From the NCBI GenBank assembly GCA_017531925.1, contig JAFXKD010000005.1, positions 10,817 to 74,816 on the forward strand: a stretch of DNA of 64,000 bases, written 5' to 3'. The notes under the pieces were generated by a model. It was not told where the DNA came from. It saw only the letters and a program-made list of their open reading frames with translations, and ran no database searches. A program made the translations under genes and the position numbers. The DNA is from Clostridia bacterium. GTDB taxonomy: Bacteria > Bacillota > Clostridia > Oscillospirales > CAG-272. Shown piece after piece: positions 44,761-54,337 of this stretch. Each line of letters opens with the position of its first letter. The stretch's first letter is position 1.

Positions 44761-46350
44761 ATGAAGAAGGCTCTTACGACGATTTTGGTAGTAATACTTG
44801 CTCTCTTGCCCACGATAGTAGCCGCGGTATTACATCTTACCCCCGATGAGATAATACAAACACCCATAAATCTCAGCGGCTCTTTTATTGACGAGAACGG
44901 AAACGGATATGAATTCAACAGAAACAACAATTCCTTTCTTGCTTCATTCTTTGATGACCTCGATGATAATTCAATAAAGTCCTCTTATTCCTTGGACAAC
45001 ATAAAATACGACAAGAAATTCATCGCCGAAATAGTAAAAAAGGACAAGAAGCAAAAGCTTGATTTTTATCTTTCCATACTTGGATCCTGTTATTACAGTG
45101 ATGAGAGCGGCACGCTCTACCGTATAGATACCTCTTATGCTAATACCCTTATCAACTCCAACTACGTTGTAAGCCTGTATGAGGAAAGATATACTCCCGC
45201 GCTCCTCTCGTTCTCAAAGCAACCGATCCTGCCCGAATCCGTCGATCTCAAGTATTCCTCAAAGAGCGGAAACGAGCCCTTGTCCGCGCAAAATCTCCCA
45301 ACTTCCAATATTACGGTAACTTATTACTCAAGTCAGGTATCGACATTTGATTTTTCGGTCACTCCGGAGCTTTGCACGCTGAGAGTGTATATCAACGACA
45401 GAAAATATTACGACGGACAGCTATATGATTTCAAATCTTCGATCATACCCAAGCACGCTACGACCGTTAAATATGAAATTGACGCGACCTGGATGCAAAC
45501 CACCTCTAATAAATGCTTTGGTGATGCGCATTACAGCTTTTATATCAGCTATGCACCCGCTCCCGCTTTCACGGTCAATAACGTGGATAACGAGTTTTTG
45601 ACGGTAAGAGCGCATAACGTGATCGATCCCGAAAATATTACCTGCAGCCTTTCAGACGGAAAGCCTGTTGACGTTTCCTTCCACAGATCCGGAGACGATT
45701 ACTTTGCACTTATCCCAACAGCAAGCCTGCTTACCACCGGTAAGCACAAGCTCATCCTCAGCTGCGGCGAAACTGATAAAACCGTGGAGGTTGAAGTACC
45801 TCAGCAGGATTCCTCTGTGAGCAGTAAGGTTTATACTCCAAAAAGCCCCATTACCGCACAGATGCTTGAAGATATGACTGCCCTTCTCTCAAAGATCGGT
45901 GCGCAATCCTCAAATGATTCACCGTCCGGTGACGCGTTCATAAATATTGAAACGAAGTACAAAGACGATTTCTCCCTTACGCTCGGTTACGGAAAGGTGA
46001 GGAGCTTTACGGAGGGCGAGAGCCTCAATATGATCGGTGTTGAATTTTCGGGACTAGCGGATATGGATATTCCCGCCATTAACGACGGTATCGTGTGTGC
46101 CGTGGGCGAGGACGCGATCCTCGGAAAATACGTGGTCATCGATCACGGCTACGGACTTAAGAGCTGGTACTGCAATATAAGCGAGCCTTCCGTTGCGGTC
46201 GGCACGCATATAAACGGTGGTAGCGCGGTGGCAAAATCGGGCAATTCCGCAATATACGATCAGAACGGCTTTTATCTTATTACCACTATAGGCAAAACTC
46301 CCGTATCGCCCTATGCGGTATATGAAAATAATTTTACTCTTCCGCAGTAA
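44761..46350 (+). CDS. Membrane-anchored protein with a C-terminal degenerate LytM (M23 peptidase-like) domain
   Basis: ATG at 44761 follows AGGAGA. One N-terminal TM helix. The C-terminal VVIDHGYGLKSWYCNIS...GNSAIYDQNGFYL aligns to the M23 core, but the HxxxD and HxH zinc ligands are substituted. Confidence 0.8.
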   Translation: MKKALTTILVVILALLPTIVAAVLHLTPDEIIQTPINLSGSFIDENGNGYEFNRNNNSFLASFFDDLDDNSIKSSYSLDNIKYDKKFIAEIVKKDKKQKLDFYLSILGSCYYSDESGTLYRIDTSYANTLINSNYVVSLYEERYTPALLSFSKQPILPESVDLKYSSKSGNEPLSAQNLPTSNITVTYYSSQVSTFDFSVTPELCTLRVYINDRKYYDGQLYDFKSSIIPKHATTVKYEIDATWMQTTSNKCFGDAHYSFYISYAPAPAFTVNNVDNEFLTVRAHNVIDPENITCSLSDGKPVDVSFHRSGDDYFALIPTASLLTTGKHKLILSCGETDKTVEVEVPQQDSSVSSKVYTPKSPITAQMLEDMTALLSKIGAQSSNDSPSGDAFINIETKYKDDFSLTLGYGKVRSFTEGESLNMIGVEFSGLADMDIPAINDGIVCAVGEDAILGKYVVIDHGYGLKSWYCNISEPSVAVGTHINGGSAVAKSGNSAIYDQNGFYLITTIGKTPVSPYAVYENNFTLPQ

Positions 46351-46365
46351 ATTTTAAAAAATCTA

Positions 46366-46394
46366 TTGACAAGTTAATACTCTTGTGCTATAAT
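46366..46394 (+). promoter_or_regulatory. Consensus sigma-A promoter of ylxM-ffh
   Basis: TTGACA (46366-46371), a 17-nt spacer, then TATAAT (46389-46394). Confidence 0.6.
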
Positions 46395-46437
46395 GTGTAA
46401 AGTATTTTGCTTTACACATTATTTTTTGGAGTTATCT

Positions 46438-46767
46438 ATGTTTGAGAAGGATCTTAGAATATCTTATCTGCTTGATTTTTACGGCGACGTGCTTACCGAG
46501 CGTAAAAAGGAAGTGCTTGATATGTATTATAACGAGGACCTTTCTCTTGCCGAGATAGCTGAGCAGATAGGCATTTCCCGTCAGGGTGTGCGAGAGCTTA
46601 TAAAAAAGGCGGAGGACGAGCTTCTTTTCCTTGAAGAAAAGCTTGGACTTGCAAAAAAAATGAGAGCGCTTCGCATCCACGCGGATAATATGATGAATAT
46701 CGCAAATACCGAGGAGATCCCCTCTTCCCTCAGAAATGAGATAAAGGAGATTTCCGATATAATATAA
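46438..46767 (+). CDS. ylxM: YlxM/p13-like helix-turn-helix protein (UPF0122) preceding ffh
   Basis: LLDFYGDVLTERKKEVLDMYYNEDLSLAEIAEQIGISRQGV is a sigma-70 region 4-like HTH. Conserved position upstream of ffh. Confidence 0.85.
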   Translation: MFEKDLRISYLLDFYGDVLTERKKEVLDMYYNEDLSLAEIAEQIGISRQGVRELIKKAEDELLFLEEKLGLAKKMRALRIHADNMMNIANTEEIPSSLRNEIKEISDII

Positions 46768-46789
46768 ATACATTCAGGAGGCAAGTAAT

Positions 46790-48133
46790 ATGGGTATGTT
46801 TGAAAGCCTCAGCGACAAGCTGAACAACGCATTCAAAAAATTCAGAAACAAAGGTAAGCTCACCCCCGAGGATGTTAAGGTCGGTATGAGAGAAATAAAG
46901 CTTGCTCTCCTTGAGGCGGACGTAAACTTCAAGGTAGTTAAAAGCTTTGTAAATACGGTTTCAGAGCGCGCTGTGGGCGCGGAGGTGCTTGAATCCCTCC
47001 TCCCCGCGCAGCAGATAGTCAAGATAGTCAACGAAGAGCTTATTAATCTTATGGGCGGAACTCAGTCAAAGCTGACGATCGCATCCGCTCCGCCAACCGT
47101 TATTATGATGGTGGGTCTTCAGGGCGCGGGTAAGACCACTCACGCAGGTAAGCTCGCAGCTCTTTATAAAAAGCAGGGCAAGCATCCTTTGCTCGTCGCT
47201 TGCGATATCTACCGTCCCGCTGCTATAAAGCAGCTTCAGATAGTGGGCGAAAAGCTTGATATTCCCGTCTTCACGATGGGCGACAAGGTATCCCCCGTCA
47301 CTATCGCCAAGGAGGGTGTAGCTTACGCAAAGCAAAAGGGCTACGATATGGTATTTATTGATACCGCGGGCCGTCTTCATATCGATGAGGAGCTTATGGA
47401 GGAGCTTAGGGCTATCAAGGCTGAAACAAGACCGACGGAGATACTTCTCACGGTTGACGCTATGATAGGTCAGGACGCGGTCAACGTTGCGGAGACGTTT
47501 AACGAGCTGCTCGATATCACGGGAGTCGTTCTTACGAAGCTCGACGGTGATACACGAGGCGGCGCGGCACTTTCAATAAAGCACGTAACCGGCAAGCCTA
47601 TAAAATTCATCGGTACGGGCGAAAAGCTCGACACGATAGAGCCCTTCCATCCCGAGAGAATGGCATCGAGAATTCTTGGAATGGGTGACGTTCTCACGCT
47701 TATCGAAAAGGCGCAGACCGCTTATGACGAAAAGCAGAGCGCGGAGCTTGAAAAGAAGATACGTCAGCAGAAATTCACACTTGACGACTTCCTTGAGCAG
47801 TTCCAGCAGCTCCGCAATATGGGCGGAGTTGAGCAGATGCTTGGTATGATGCCCGGCGGCGCGGCTATGAAGGACGTTAAGATAGACGAAAAGGCTATGG
47901 CTCATATGGAAGCGATCATCCGCTCTATGACAATGAAGGAAAGAGTCAATCCCGAGATCATCAACTCGTCAAGAAAGCAAAGAATTGCCAAGGGCAGCGG
48001 CACGAGCGTTGAGGAAGTTAACAAGCTTCTTCGTCAGTTCGAGCAGATGAAGAAGATGATGAAGCAATTCTCAGATCCCAAAAAGCTCAAGAGAATGGGC
48101 TTTGGTACAGGACGCGGAAGATTTCCGTTTTAA
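46790..48133 (+). CDS. ffh: Signal recognition particle protein Ffh
   Basis: GLQGAGKTTHAGKLA, DTAGRL, TKLDGD. Met-rich M domain (MLGMMPGG). Confidence 0.96.
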   Translation: MGMFESLSDKLNNAFKKFRNKGKLTPEDVKVGMREIKLALLEADVNFKVVKSFVNTVSERAVGAEVLESLLPAQQIVKIVNEELINLMGGTQSKLTIASAPPTVIMMVGLQGAGKTTHAGKLAALYKKQGKHPLLVACDIYRPAAIKQLQIVGEKLDIPVFTMGDKVSPVTIAKEGVAYAKQKGYDMVFIDTAGRLHIDEELMEELRAIKAETRPTEILLTVDAMIGQDAVNVAETFNELLDITGVVLTKLDGDTRGGAALSIKHVTGKPIKFIGTGEKLDTIEPFHPERMASRILGMGDVLTLIEKAQTAYDEKQSAELEKKIRQQKFTLDDFLEQFQQLRNMGGVEQMLGMMPGGAAMKDVKIDEKAMAHMEAIIRSMTMKERVNPEIINSSRKQRIAKGSGTSVEEVNKLLRQFEQMKKMMKQFSDPKKLKRMGFGTGRGRFPF

Positions 48134-48216
48134 TTAGTAAAAAATACCGTAAAAATACGGATTTTTAATAAAAAAGTCAAAAAATAATTTAATTTTATTC
48201 TTGGAGGAATATTACA

Positions 48217-48462
48217 ATGGCAGTAAAAATCAGACTTAGAAGAATGGGTCAGAAGAAGGCACCCTTTTACCGTGTAGTTGTTGCAGACAGCCGCTACCCC
48301 AGAGACGGTCGTTTCATCGAGGAGATAGGTTACTACAACCCCATCACAGAGCCCGCTGAGATCAAGATCGACGCAGAAAAGGCTAAAAAGTGGATCGCTA
48401 ACGGCGCTCAGCCCACAGACACTGTTAAATCCTTGCTTAAAAGAAGCAACATCGTTGACTAA
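48217..48462 (+). CDS. rpsP: 30S ribosomal protein S16
   Basis: [26 protein letters not shown]... Confidence 0.96.
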   Translation: MAVKIRLRRMGQKKAPFYRVVVADSRYPRDGRFIEEIGYYNPITEPAEIKIDAEKAKKWIANGAQPTDTVKSLLKRSNIVD

Positions 48463-48481
48463 TTAAAGGCAGGAGATAACG

Positions 48482-48718
48482 ATGACGGATTTGAAGCAGA
48501 CCTTGACCGACATCGCAAGAGCGATAGTCGATAATCCCGATGAGGTTACCGTTATCCTTACCGAAGATGACCGTAGCATTACCCTTTCCCTCAACGTTGC
48601 ACCCGAGGATATGGGAATGGTTATCGGCAAAAACGGAAAGATCGCAAAGGCTATCCGCTCCGTAATTAAGGCGGCAAGCGCAGATTGCGGCAAGAAAGTA
48701 AATGTTGAAATAAAATAA
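48482..48718 (+). CDS. KH-domain RNA-binding protein (YlqC/KhpA-like)
   Basis: The VIGKNGKIAKAIRSV GxxG KH motif. Conserved position after rpsP. Confidence 0.9.
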   Translation: MTDLKQTLTDIARAIVDNPDEVTVILTEDDRSITLSLNVAPEDMGMVIGKNGKIAKAIRSVIKAASADCGKKVNVEIK

Positions 48719-48730
48719 TTTACTTGAATA

Positions 48731-48762
48731 AAAAACCCGACTTGACTACAGTCGGGTTTTTT
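48731..48762 (+). terminator. Rho-independent terminator of the ffh-rpsP-KH operon
   Basis: cccgact / agtcggg stem, flanked by AAAAA and TTTTTT. Confidence 0.85.
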
Positions 48763-48798
48763 ATTATAATTATATCGTAAAGCTGAAAGGAGCAAAAA

Positions 48799-49467
48799 AT
48801 GGACGGACTTTTACTTACCTTCACTCCCGAGCAGATAAAAAAATACAATGAAATAAAGGAGAGTAGCGATCCCCTGCCCGCATTTGATGCTCGCTTTGAC
48901 TATACGGACGAGGTCGGGGTCGATATTGCCTCGGTCTTAGGCGAAATAGCCGAGGAGTCAAGGGCTATACTTTCTTACAAAAAAAAGGATCGGTTCTTCA
49001 ATACCGAGATGGCTCCCGCAGAGCTTGAAAAATTCAAGGCATCGTATTTTAAGATGATCAACGGCATTGAAGCTTTAAGAAAGGTGCTTTATGCTGAGAT
49101 CTCAAATCTTTCCGGCGACATACTGCTGCTTGACAAGAAGTGCGCCTCGCTCTCCCGCGAATACTCCGAATTTTTGCCATATAAGGCTGCGCTTTACGGA
49201 AGATGCGAGCATAGAGAGGAGATAGAGCTGACGGACGGTGAATTCATCTCATCGCTTGAAAGCGCGAGAGGATATATTTCCAAAAAGAAGGAAAGACTTG
49301 ATACCCTCATTCTTATTTGCGACACCGTGATCCCCGATTTTTACAGGAGCGCCACCGCACACTCGGGCTCGCCGAAATTTGAAAGCTTTGACAGTACGTT
49401 CTTTTTTAATGCGGTAACTGCATTCATTTATCAAATTGAAGCAATACAAAAACAAAAGCCGATGTGA
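48799..49467 (+). CDS. Hypothetical protein (222 aa, predicted helical, no recognisable motif)
   Basis: AAAGGAG SD. Bounded by terminators on both sides. Confidence 0.65.
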   Translation: MDGLLLTFTPEQIKKYNEIKESSDPLPAFDARFDYTDEVGVDIASVLGEIAEESRAILSYKKKDRFFNTEMAPAELEKFKASYFKMINGIEALRKVLYAEISNLSGDILLLDKKCASLSREYSEFLPYKAALYGRCEHREEIELTDGEFISSLESARGYISKKKERLDTLILICDTVIPDFYRSATAHSGSPKFESFDSTFFFNAVTAFIYQIEAIQKQKPM

Positions 49468-49486
49468 TTTCACATCGGCAATTTTG
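49458..49486. terminator. Bidirectional terminator between the hypothetical gene and rpsU
   Basis: gccgatgtg / cacatcggc is a perfect 9-bp stem. It is flanked by AAAACAAAA and AATTTTG. Confidence 0.7.
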
Positions 49487-49499
49487 TTATTAACAAATA

Positions 49500-49676
49500 T
49501 TATTTGTATTTGCGCTTTCTTGCAGCCTCTGACTTCTTCTTGCGCTTAACACTGGGTTTCTCGTAGTGTTCTCTCTTACGAAGCTCAGTGAGGATACCGG
49601 AACGTGCGCACTGGCGCTTGAAGCGACGAAGGGCACTATCCAAGGATTCGCCTTCCTTAACTCTTACTTCTGCCAT
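49500..49676 (-). CDS. rpsU: 30S ribosomal protein S21
   Basis: [42 protein letters not shown]... ATG at 49676 follows GGGGAGGG. Confidence 0.93.
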   Translation of the reverse strand: MAEVRVKEGESLDSALRRFKRQCARSGILTELRKREHYEKPSVKRKKKSEAARKRKYK

Positions 49677-49728
49677 TTTCTGTTTCCCTCCCCTCAAGGT
49701 TCGAGTAACTCGAACAATATACTGTTAT

Positions 49729-49757
49729 ATTTTACACCAAAATTCCCTATTTGTCAA
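49729..49757 (-). promoter_or_regulatory. Sigma-A type promoter of rpsU
   Basis: Minus strand reads TTGACA (49757-49752), a 17-nt spacer, then TAAAAT (49734-49729). A leader hairpin gttcgag/ctcgaac follows. Confidence 0.5.
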
Positions 49758-49769
49758 TAGGTTTTTTAA

Positions 49770-52205
49770 TTATTTTACGACGATATTTACGATTTTATTC
49801 GGAACGGATATTTCCTTGACTACCGTCTTTCCTTCGATCGCCGCAGCGACCTTCTCGTCCGCCTTTGCGATAGCGATCGCCTCATCCTTGGGGCAATCTA
49901 CCGGAAGCATAACGGTCGCTCTGAGCTTACCGTTGACCTGAACCGCAACCTCTATTGTATCGTCCGCGCATTTGCTCTCATCATAAGCGGGCCAAGGCTC
50001 GTAAGCGATGGTATCGTTATGACCAAGGATGCTCCACATCTCCTCACCTATATGGGGTGCGATGCAGGAGAGCATCTTGATAAGTCCCTCTGCGTACTCA
50101 CGGGGGCATTTACCCTCCTTATATACCGCGTTGACAAAGATCATCATCTGAGAAATAGCCGTGTTGAATGCGAGCTTTTCAAAATCCTCGGTGATCTTCT
50201 TTACACTCTTATGGTATATCTTCTCAAGCGCGGGAAGTTCGTGATCCACAACGTTTTCAGGCTCTGTGAAGAACGCCCAGACTCTGTTGAGGAATCGTCT
50301 TGCGCCCTCAACGCCCTGATCGCTCCAAGGCTTGGAAACCTCAAGAGGACCCATAAACATCTCGTAAAGACGGAGCGTATCCGCGCCGTACTCTCTTACG
50401 ACGTCGCTGGGATTAACAACGAACTCGGGAAATCTCTTACCCATCTTGATACCGTTGGAGCCGAGGATCATTCCCTGATGAACGAGCTTCTTAAAGGGCT
50501 CCTTTGTGGGAGCGATGCCCTTATCGTAAAGGTATCTGTTCCAGATTCTTGAATACATAAGGTGACCTACCGCGTGCTCGGGTCCTCCGATATAGAGGTC
50601 AACGGGCATCCAATGCTTAAGAAGCTCGGGATCGGCAAGAGCCTTATCGTTTTTAGGATCGATGTATCTGAGATAGTACCAGCTTGAGCCTGCGGAGCCG
50701 GGCATCGTGGATGTCTCCCTCTTACCCTTTATACCGTTTTTATCGTAGTATTTCCACTCCTCCGCGTTTTCAAGGGGAGCTTTTCCGCCAACACCCTTAT
50801 AGTTTTCAAGCTCGGGAAGAATGAGAGGAAGCTCCTCGTCGGGAAGCACGTGAACTGCTCCGTCCTCACCGTGAACCACGGGAACGGGCTCGCCCCAATA
50901 TCTCTGACGCGCGAAGATCCACTCTCTGAAGTGATAATTTACGGTCCTCTTTGCAACACCCATCGCCTCAAGCTTTGCGGTGATAGCCTCCTTTGCCTCC
51001 TCAACGGTAAGTCCCGTAAATTCCTCGGAATTTACAAGTCTGTAGCCCTTGCCGAGATAATCTCCCTTTTCAAAGGAGTGCTCGCTTACGTCAACGTGGC
51101 CGAGCTTTTCATCACCGTCGATTACCTGTATCATATCGATACCGTGCGCCTGAGCATATTCAAAATCGCGCTGATCGTGTGAAGGAACCGCCATAACTGC
51201 GCCCGTGCCGTAGCTTGCAAGCACGAAGTCACCGATGAACATTCTTGCTTCCTTGCCATTTACGGGATTTATGCACGTAACGCCCTTAAGCTCACAGCCG
51301 GATTTGGTCTTGTTAAGCTCGGTGCGGTCCATATCATTTTTCTTAAGAGTTTCGGCAATATAAGCCTCTACCTCTTCCTTATTTTCAATTCTAGGCATAA
51401 GCTGCTTTACGATCTCACCGTCGGGAGCAAGCACCATAAAGGTGATACCGTAGATCGTTTCGATGCAGGTGGTAAATATTGAAAATTCACCGCCGCCCAC
51501 GATGTTGAATTTCACCTCAACGCCCGTGGATTTGCCAATCCAGTTCTTCTGCATAGCCTTTGTGGATTCGGGCCAATCGATCTCGTCAAGTCCTTCAAGA
51601 AGCTGCTCTGCAAATGCGGGCTGATTGATGACCCACTGCTTCATATTCTTGCGCACTACGGGGAATCCGCCGCGCTCGCTCTTACCGTCGATGACCTCGT
51701 CGTTTGAAAGCACCGTGCCGAGCTCCTCGCACCAGTTTACGGGCATATCTATGTACTGCGCGTAGCCGTCGAGATAGAGCTGCTTGAATATCCACTGCGT
51801 CCACTTGTAAAACTCGGGATCGCTCGTTGCTATCATCTTATCCCAGTCATAATCAAAGCCAAGCTCACGGAGCTGGTTTGAGAATGTCTTGATATTTGCC
51901 TGCGTAAAGCCGTTGGGGTGATTGCCCGTGCTTACCGCATACTGCTCTGCGGGAAGTCCGAAGGAGTCGTAGCCCATTGGGTGAAGGACGTTATAGCCCT
52001 GCATCCTCTTCATACGGGAAACGATATCAGTTGCGGTATATCCCTCGGGATGACCTGCGTGAAGTCCTACGCCCGACGGATAGGGAAACATATCAAACAC
52101 GTAGTATTTGGGCTTTGAAAAATCCCACACGTCGGTTTTGAAGGTGTGGTTCTTCTCCCAATATTCCTGCCATTTCTTTTCAATAATCAGATGCTCGTAT
52201 TTCAT
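49770..52205 (-). CDS. leuS: Leucine--tRNA ligase
   Basis: Class I HIGH variant (PYPSGVGLHAGHPEGY). KMSKS variant (KMGKRF). Length 811 aa. Confidence 0.96.
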   Translation of the reverse strand: MKYEHLIIEKKWQEYWEKNHTFKTDVWDFSKPKYYVFDMFPYPSGVGLHAGHPEGYTATDIVSRMKRMQGYNVLHPMGYDSFGLPAEQYAVSTGNHPNGFTQANIKTFSNQLRELGFDYDWDKMIATSDPEFYKWTQWIFKQLYLDGYAQYIDMPVNWCEELGTVLSNDEVIDGKSERGGFPVVRKNMKQWVINQPAFAEQLLEGLDEIDWPESTKAMQKNWIGKSTGVEVKFNIVGGGEFSIFTTCIETIYGITFMVLAPDGEIVKQLMPRIENKEEVEAYIAETLKKNDMDRTELNKTKSGCELKGVTCINPVNGKEARMFIGDFVLASYGTGAVMAVPSHDQRDFEYAQAHGIDMIQVIDGDEKLGHVDVSEHSFEKGDYLGKGYRLVNSEEFTGLTVEEAKEAITAKLEAMGVAKRTVNYHFREWIFARQRYWGEPVPVVHGEDGAVHVLPDEELPLILPELENYKGVGGKAPLENAEEWKYYDKNGIKGKRETSTMPGSAGSSWYYLRYIDPKNDKALADPELLKHWMPVDLYIGGPEHAVGHLMYSRIWNRYLYDKGIAPTKEPFKKLVHQGMILGSNGIKMGKRFPEFVVNPSDVVREYGADTLRLYEMFMGPLEVSKPWSDQGVEGARRFLNRVWAFFTEPENVVDHELPALEKIYHKSVKKITEDFEKLAFNTAISQMMIFVNAVYKEGKCPREYAEGLIKMLSCIAPHIGEEMWSILGHNDTIAYEPWPAYDESKCADDTIEVAVQVNGKLRATVMLPVDCPKDEAIAIAKADEKVAAAIEGKTVVKEISVPNKIVNIVVK

Positions 52206-52208
52206 TTT

Positions 52209-52595
52209 TTATTCCTCGACCTCTGTTGTATTTTCGTATAATTTGTCAAGATTATAAAAATCTCTTGCTTCTCTGTTAAAGATGTGAACAAGAACGTTAC
52301 AATAGTCGAGGACAACCCAGGAGTTATTGTCCCTGCCCTCGATATGGTACGCGTTGACTCCACGGCGCTCAAGCTGATATTCAACCTCGCCCGAAAGAGC
52401 CTTAACGTGCGTATTGCTCGTTGCCGTGCATACTACGAAGTAGTCCGCAATATTGCTCACGTCCTCAACGTGAAGGACCTTGATGTCCCTGCCCTTTTTG
52501 TTGTCAAGGAAGCCCTCGATCGCCCTTGCGACCTCAAGGGGCGATGCATTTTCAAGAGATACTATCTCCTCATTCAAATTGGTCATTTCTTCCAT
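52209..52595 (-). CDS. rsfS: Ribosome silencing factor RsfS (iojap-like)
   Basis: DYFVVCTATSNTHVKAL...WVVLDYCNVLVHIF pattern. Position between nadD/yqeK and leuS. Confidence 0.9.
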   Translation of the reverse strand: MEEMTNLNEEIVSLENASPLEVARAIEGFLDNKKGRDIKVLHVEDVSNIADYFVVCTATSNTHVKALSGEVEYQLERRGVNAYHIEGRDNNSWVVLDYCNVLVHIFNREARDFYNLDKLYENTTEVEE

Positions 52596-52606
52596 AGAAT
52601 TACTCC

Positions 52607-53602
52607 TTAATTTATGTGTACAAAATTGTTTTCAATCTCGTCTGCGGTGTATATCCTGTATTCACACCGCTTTTTATATATATCATAAAAGCCTTTTACG
52701 GCTTTGTCAACAAATTTTTCTTCCGGATCAAAATCCGTTTTTGCGCCGAATCTTTCAGAGACTATATCCATCATAGAATCGCGCGACAAAATATAGTACC
52801 AAGCGCCGCTTCGCTCACTTTGAACAGCCTCTCCGGGAGCGGTGAGGTAATAAGCGCCGCCGTCGGTCCTTTTTATGCTTGTAGCCACACGAAGCAGATC
52901 TCTCTCGCCGATATTGGTTTTTCCGTTTTGTGATACCATTTTCAAGAGCTTATATAAGAGCAAGGGGTCCTTTTTCTCTCCAAGCCTTTTTGCGAACGCT
53001 GCCATAAATATTTTTTGGGCATCCGCTCTGCCAAGGTCAGCGGTAACGTATCCCGAGCGGTATCTCAAAAACTGCATAGCAGCCTCTCCGTCAAGCGTCT
53101 GTTCTCCCGCACTAAGATGTATGTGTAAGCCCTGCTCTGCATCGTCGTAGTCCATATTTTGCGGCACGGTCAGCGTAACTCCGCCAAGCGCATTAACCAT
53201 ATCCTTAACGGTGATGAGCGTAAGAGAAAGATAATACTCAATTTCAATTCCAAGGCTCTCTCCGAGCGATGACGCAAATCCGCTAACTCCAAGAACCCTC
53301 GGTGCGCCGTTGATCTTTTTGTAATCCGCATTCGTATAATTCCAATACGTGTCGCGCGGTATCTGCATAATATTTACTTCGCCGCTCGCGCAGTTTAAGG
53401 AAACGAGCATAGTGAGGTCGCAAAGACCTGCAGCCCCATCCTCGCCGAGAATAAGAAAATTATATATCCCGTCCTCCGCACCGACCTTCAGAGCGGTAGC
53501 ATCCTCTTCATTTTTTATCGACGAAATATAGGCTATAACTCCCACTATCACAAGCAGCACAAATGCAAGCAGCATCAGCTTTACCAAGATATTATCCTTC
53601 AT
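52607..53602 (-). CDS. LytR-CpsA-Psr (LCP) family cell-wall glycopolymer ligase-like protein
   Basis: ATG at 53602 follows GAGGTGG. N-terminal TM helix. FLILGEDG...CDLTMLVSLN...MQIPRDTYW core. Confidence 0.85.
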   Translation of the reverse strand: MKDNILVKLMLLAFVLLVIVGVIAYISSIKNEEDATALKVGAEDGIYNFLILGEDGAAGLCDLTMLVSLNCASGEVNIMQIPRDTYWNYTNADYKKINGAPRVLGVSGFASSLGESLGIEIEYYLSLTLITVKDMVNALGGVTLTVPQNMDYDDAEQGLHIHLSAGEQTLDGEAAMQFLRYRSGYVTADLGRADAQKIFMAAFAKRLGEKKDPLLLYKLLKMVSQNGKTNIGERDLLRVATSIKRTDGGAYYLTAPGEAVQSERSGAWYYILSRDSMMDIVSERFGAKTDFDPEEKFVDKAVKGFYDIYKKRCEYRIYTADEIENNFVHIN

Positions 53603-53645
53603 AATCCACCTCTTGAATTTTTTATGTATCAAGGGTGGCGAGGGA

Positions 53646-54275
53646 TCATCTTTCAAGTATCAGAAAATTTCTCGCCTCAAACGTGGTATCGTTTATGTGC
53701 TTTCCGTCCTCAAGCAGACCTCTGATAGTCAGATCATAGGACATTATAAGAGTTTCACGAAGATGAGCGATCTTCTCGCTCTCGCTTGCACTGTCAAAAT
53801 CAAAGTCAAAGAAGTATTCCCGGAGCGCAACGCAGTCCTCAAAGCTTCTTGACATATCGATATAGTCGGCAAGATAGATGATCTTTTCGATAATATTCAT
53901 ATCTGCCTTGCCCGTAGTATGATACCTTACTGCTTCAACAAGCTCGGGAACGGCAAATTCGGGATATTTTTCGGGAATTACGAGCGCCGCCGTTTTTGAA
54001 TGGAACATCTTGGGGGATTTTCGCTCTGCCTCGCTCACCGCAAGCCCCGCTTTCTCACAGATGGCGATATGCTCCTCTGCGCTTCTCTCCTTCGTCACGT
54101 CGTGCAAGAGCGCAGCCGCGCGAAGAGTGGGGATCTTTTCGGGCGCGTAGATCTCGCCGAGGCGCATTGCCATTTTTTCCACCTCAAGCGTGTGATTATA
54201 GCGCTTCTCTCCCATTTCCTTCTTTACATCGGTACGTAATTTTTCAAGCATTTTCTCGGTAAATTTATTATTCAT
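53646..54275 (-). CDS. yqeK: HD-domain phosphohydrolase YqeK (bis(5'-nucleosyl)-tetraphosphatase-like)
   Basis: RYNHTLEV and LLHDVTKE HD motifs. Conserved position after nadD. Confidence 0.85.
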   Translation of the reverse strand: MNNKFTEKMLEKLRTDVKKEMGEKRYNHTLEVEKMAMRLGEIYAPEKIPTLRAAALLHDVTKERSAEEHIAICEKAGLAVSEAERKSPKMFHSKTAALVIPEKYPEFAVPELVEAVRYHTTGKADMNIIEKIIYLADYIDMSRSFEDCVALREYFFDFDFDSASESEKIAHLRETLIMSYDLTIRGLLEDGKHINDTTFEARNFLILER

Positions 54276-54337
54276 AAAAACCTCGCTATATATGCGCCGA
54301 CTTGCGTCGGTCAAATTTTGTCAGTGAAAATAAAAAA

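Noticed and set aside
48463-48795. A minus-strand 110-aa ORF opposite the KH-domain gene and its terminator.
   Set aside because: It is a shadow frame of a conserved gene, it spans the terminator, and it has no SD.
52206-52208. A T-box leader for leuS.
   Set aside because: leuS starts 3 nt after the rsfS stop, so there is no room for a leader. Any regulation must be further upstream.
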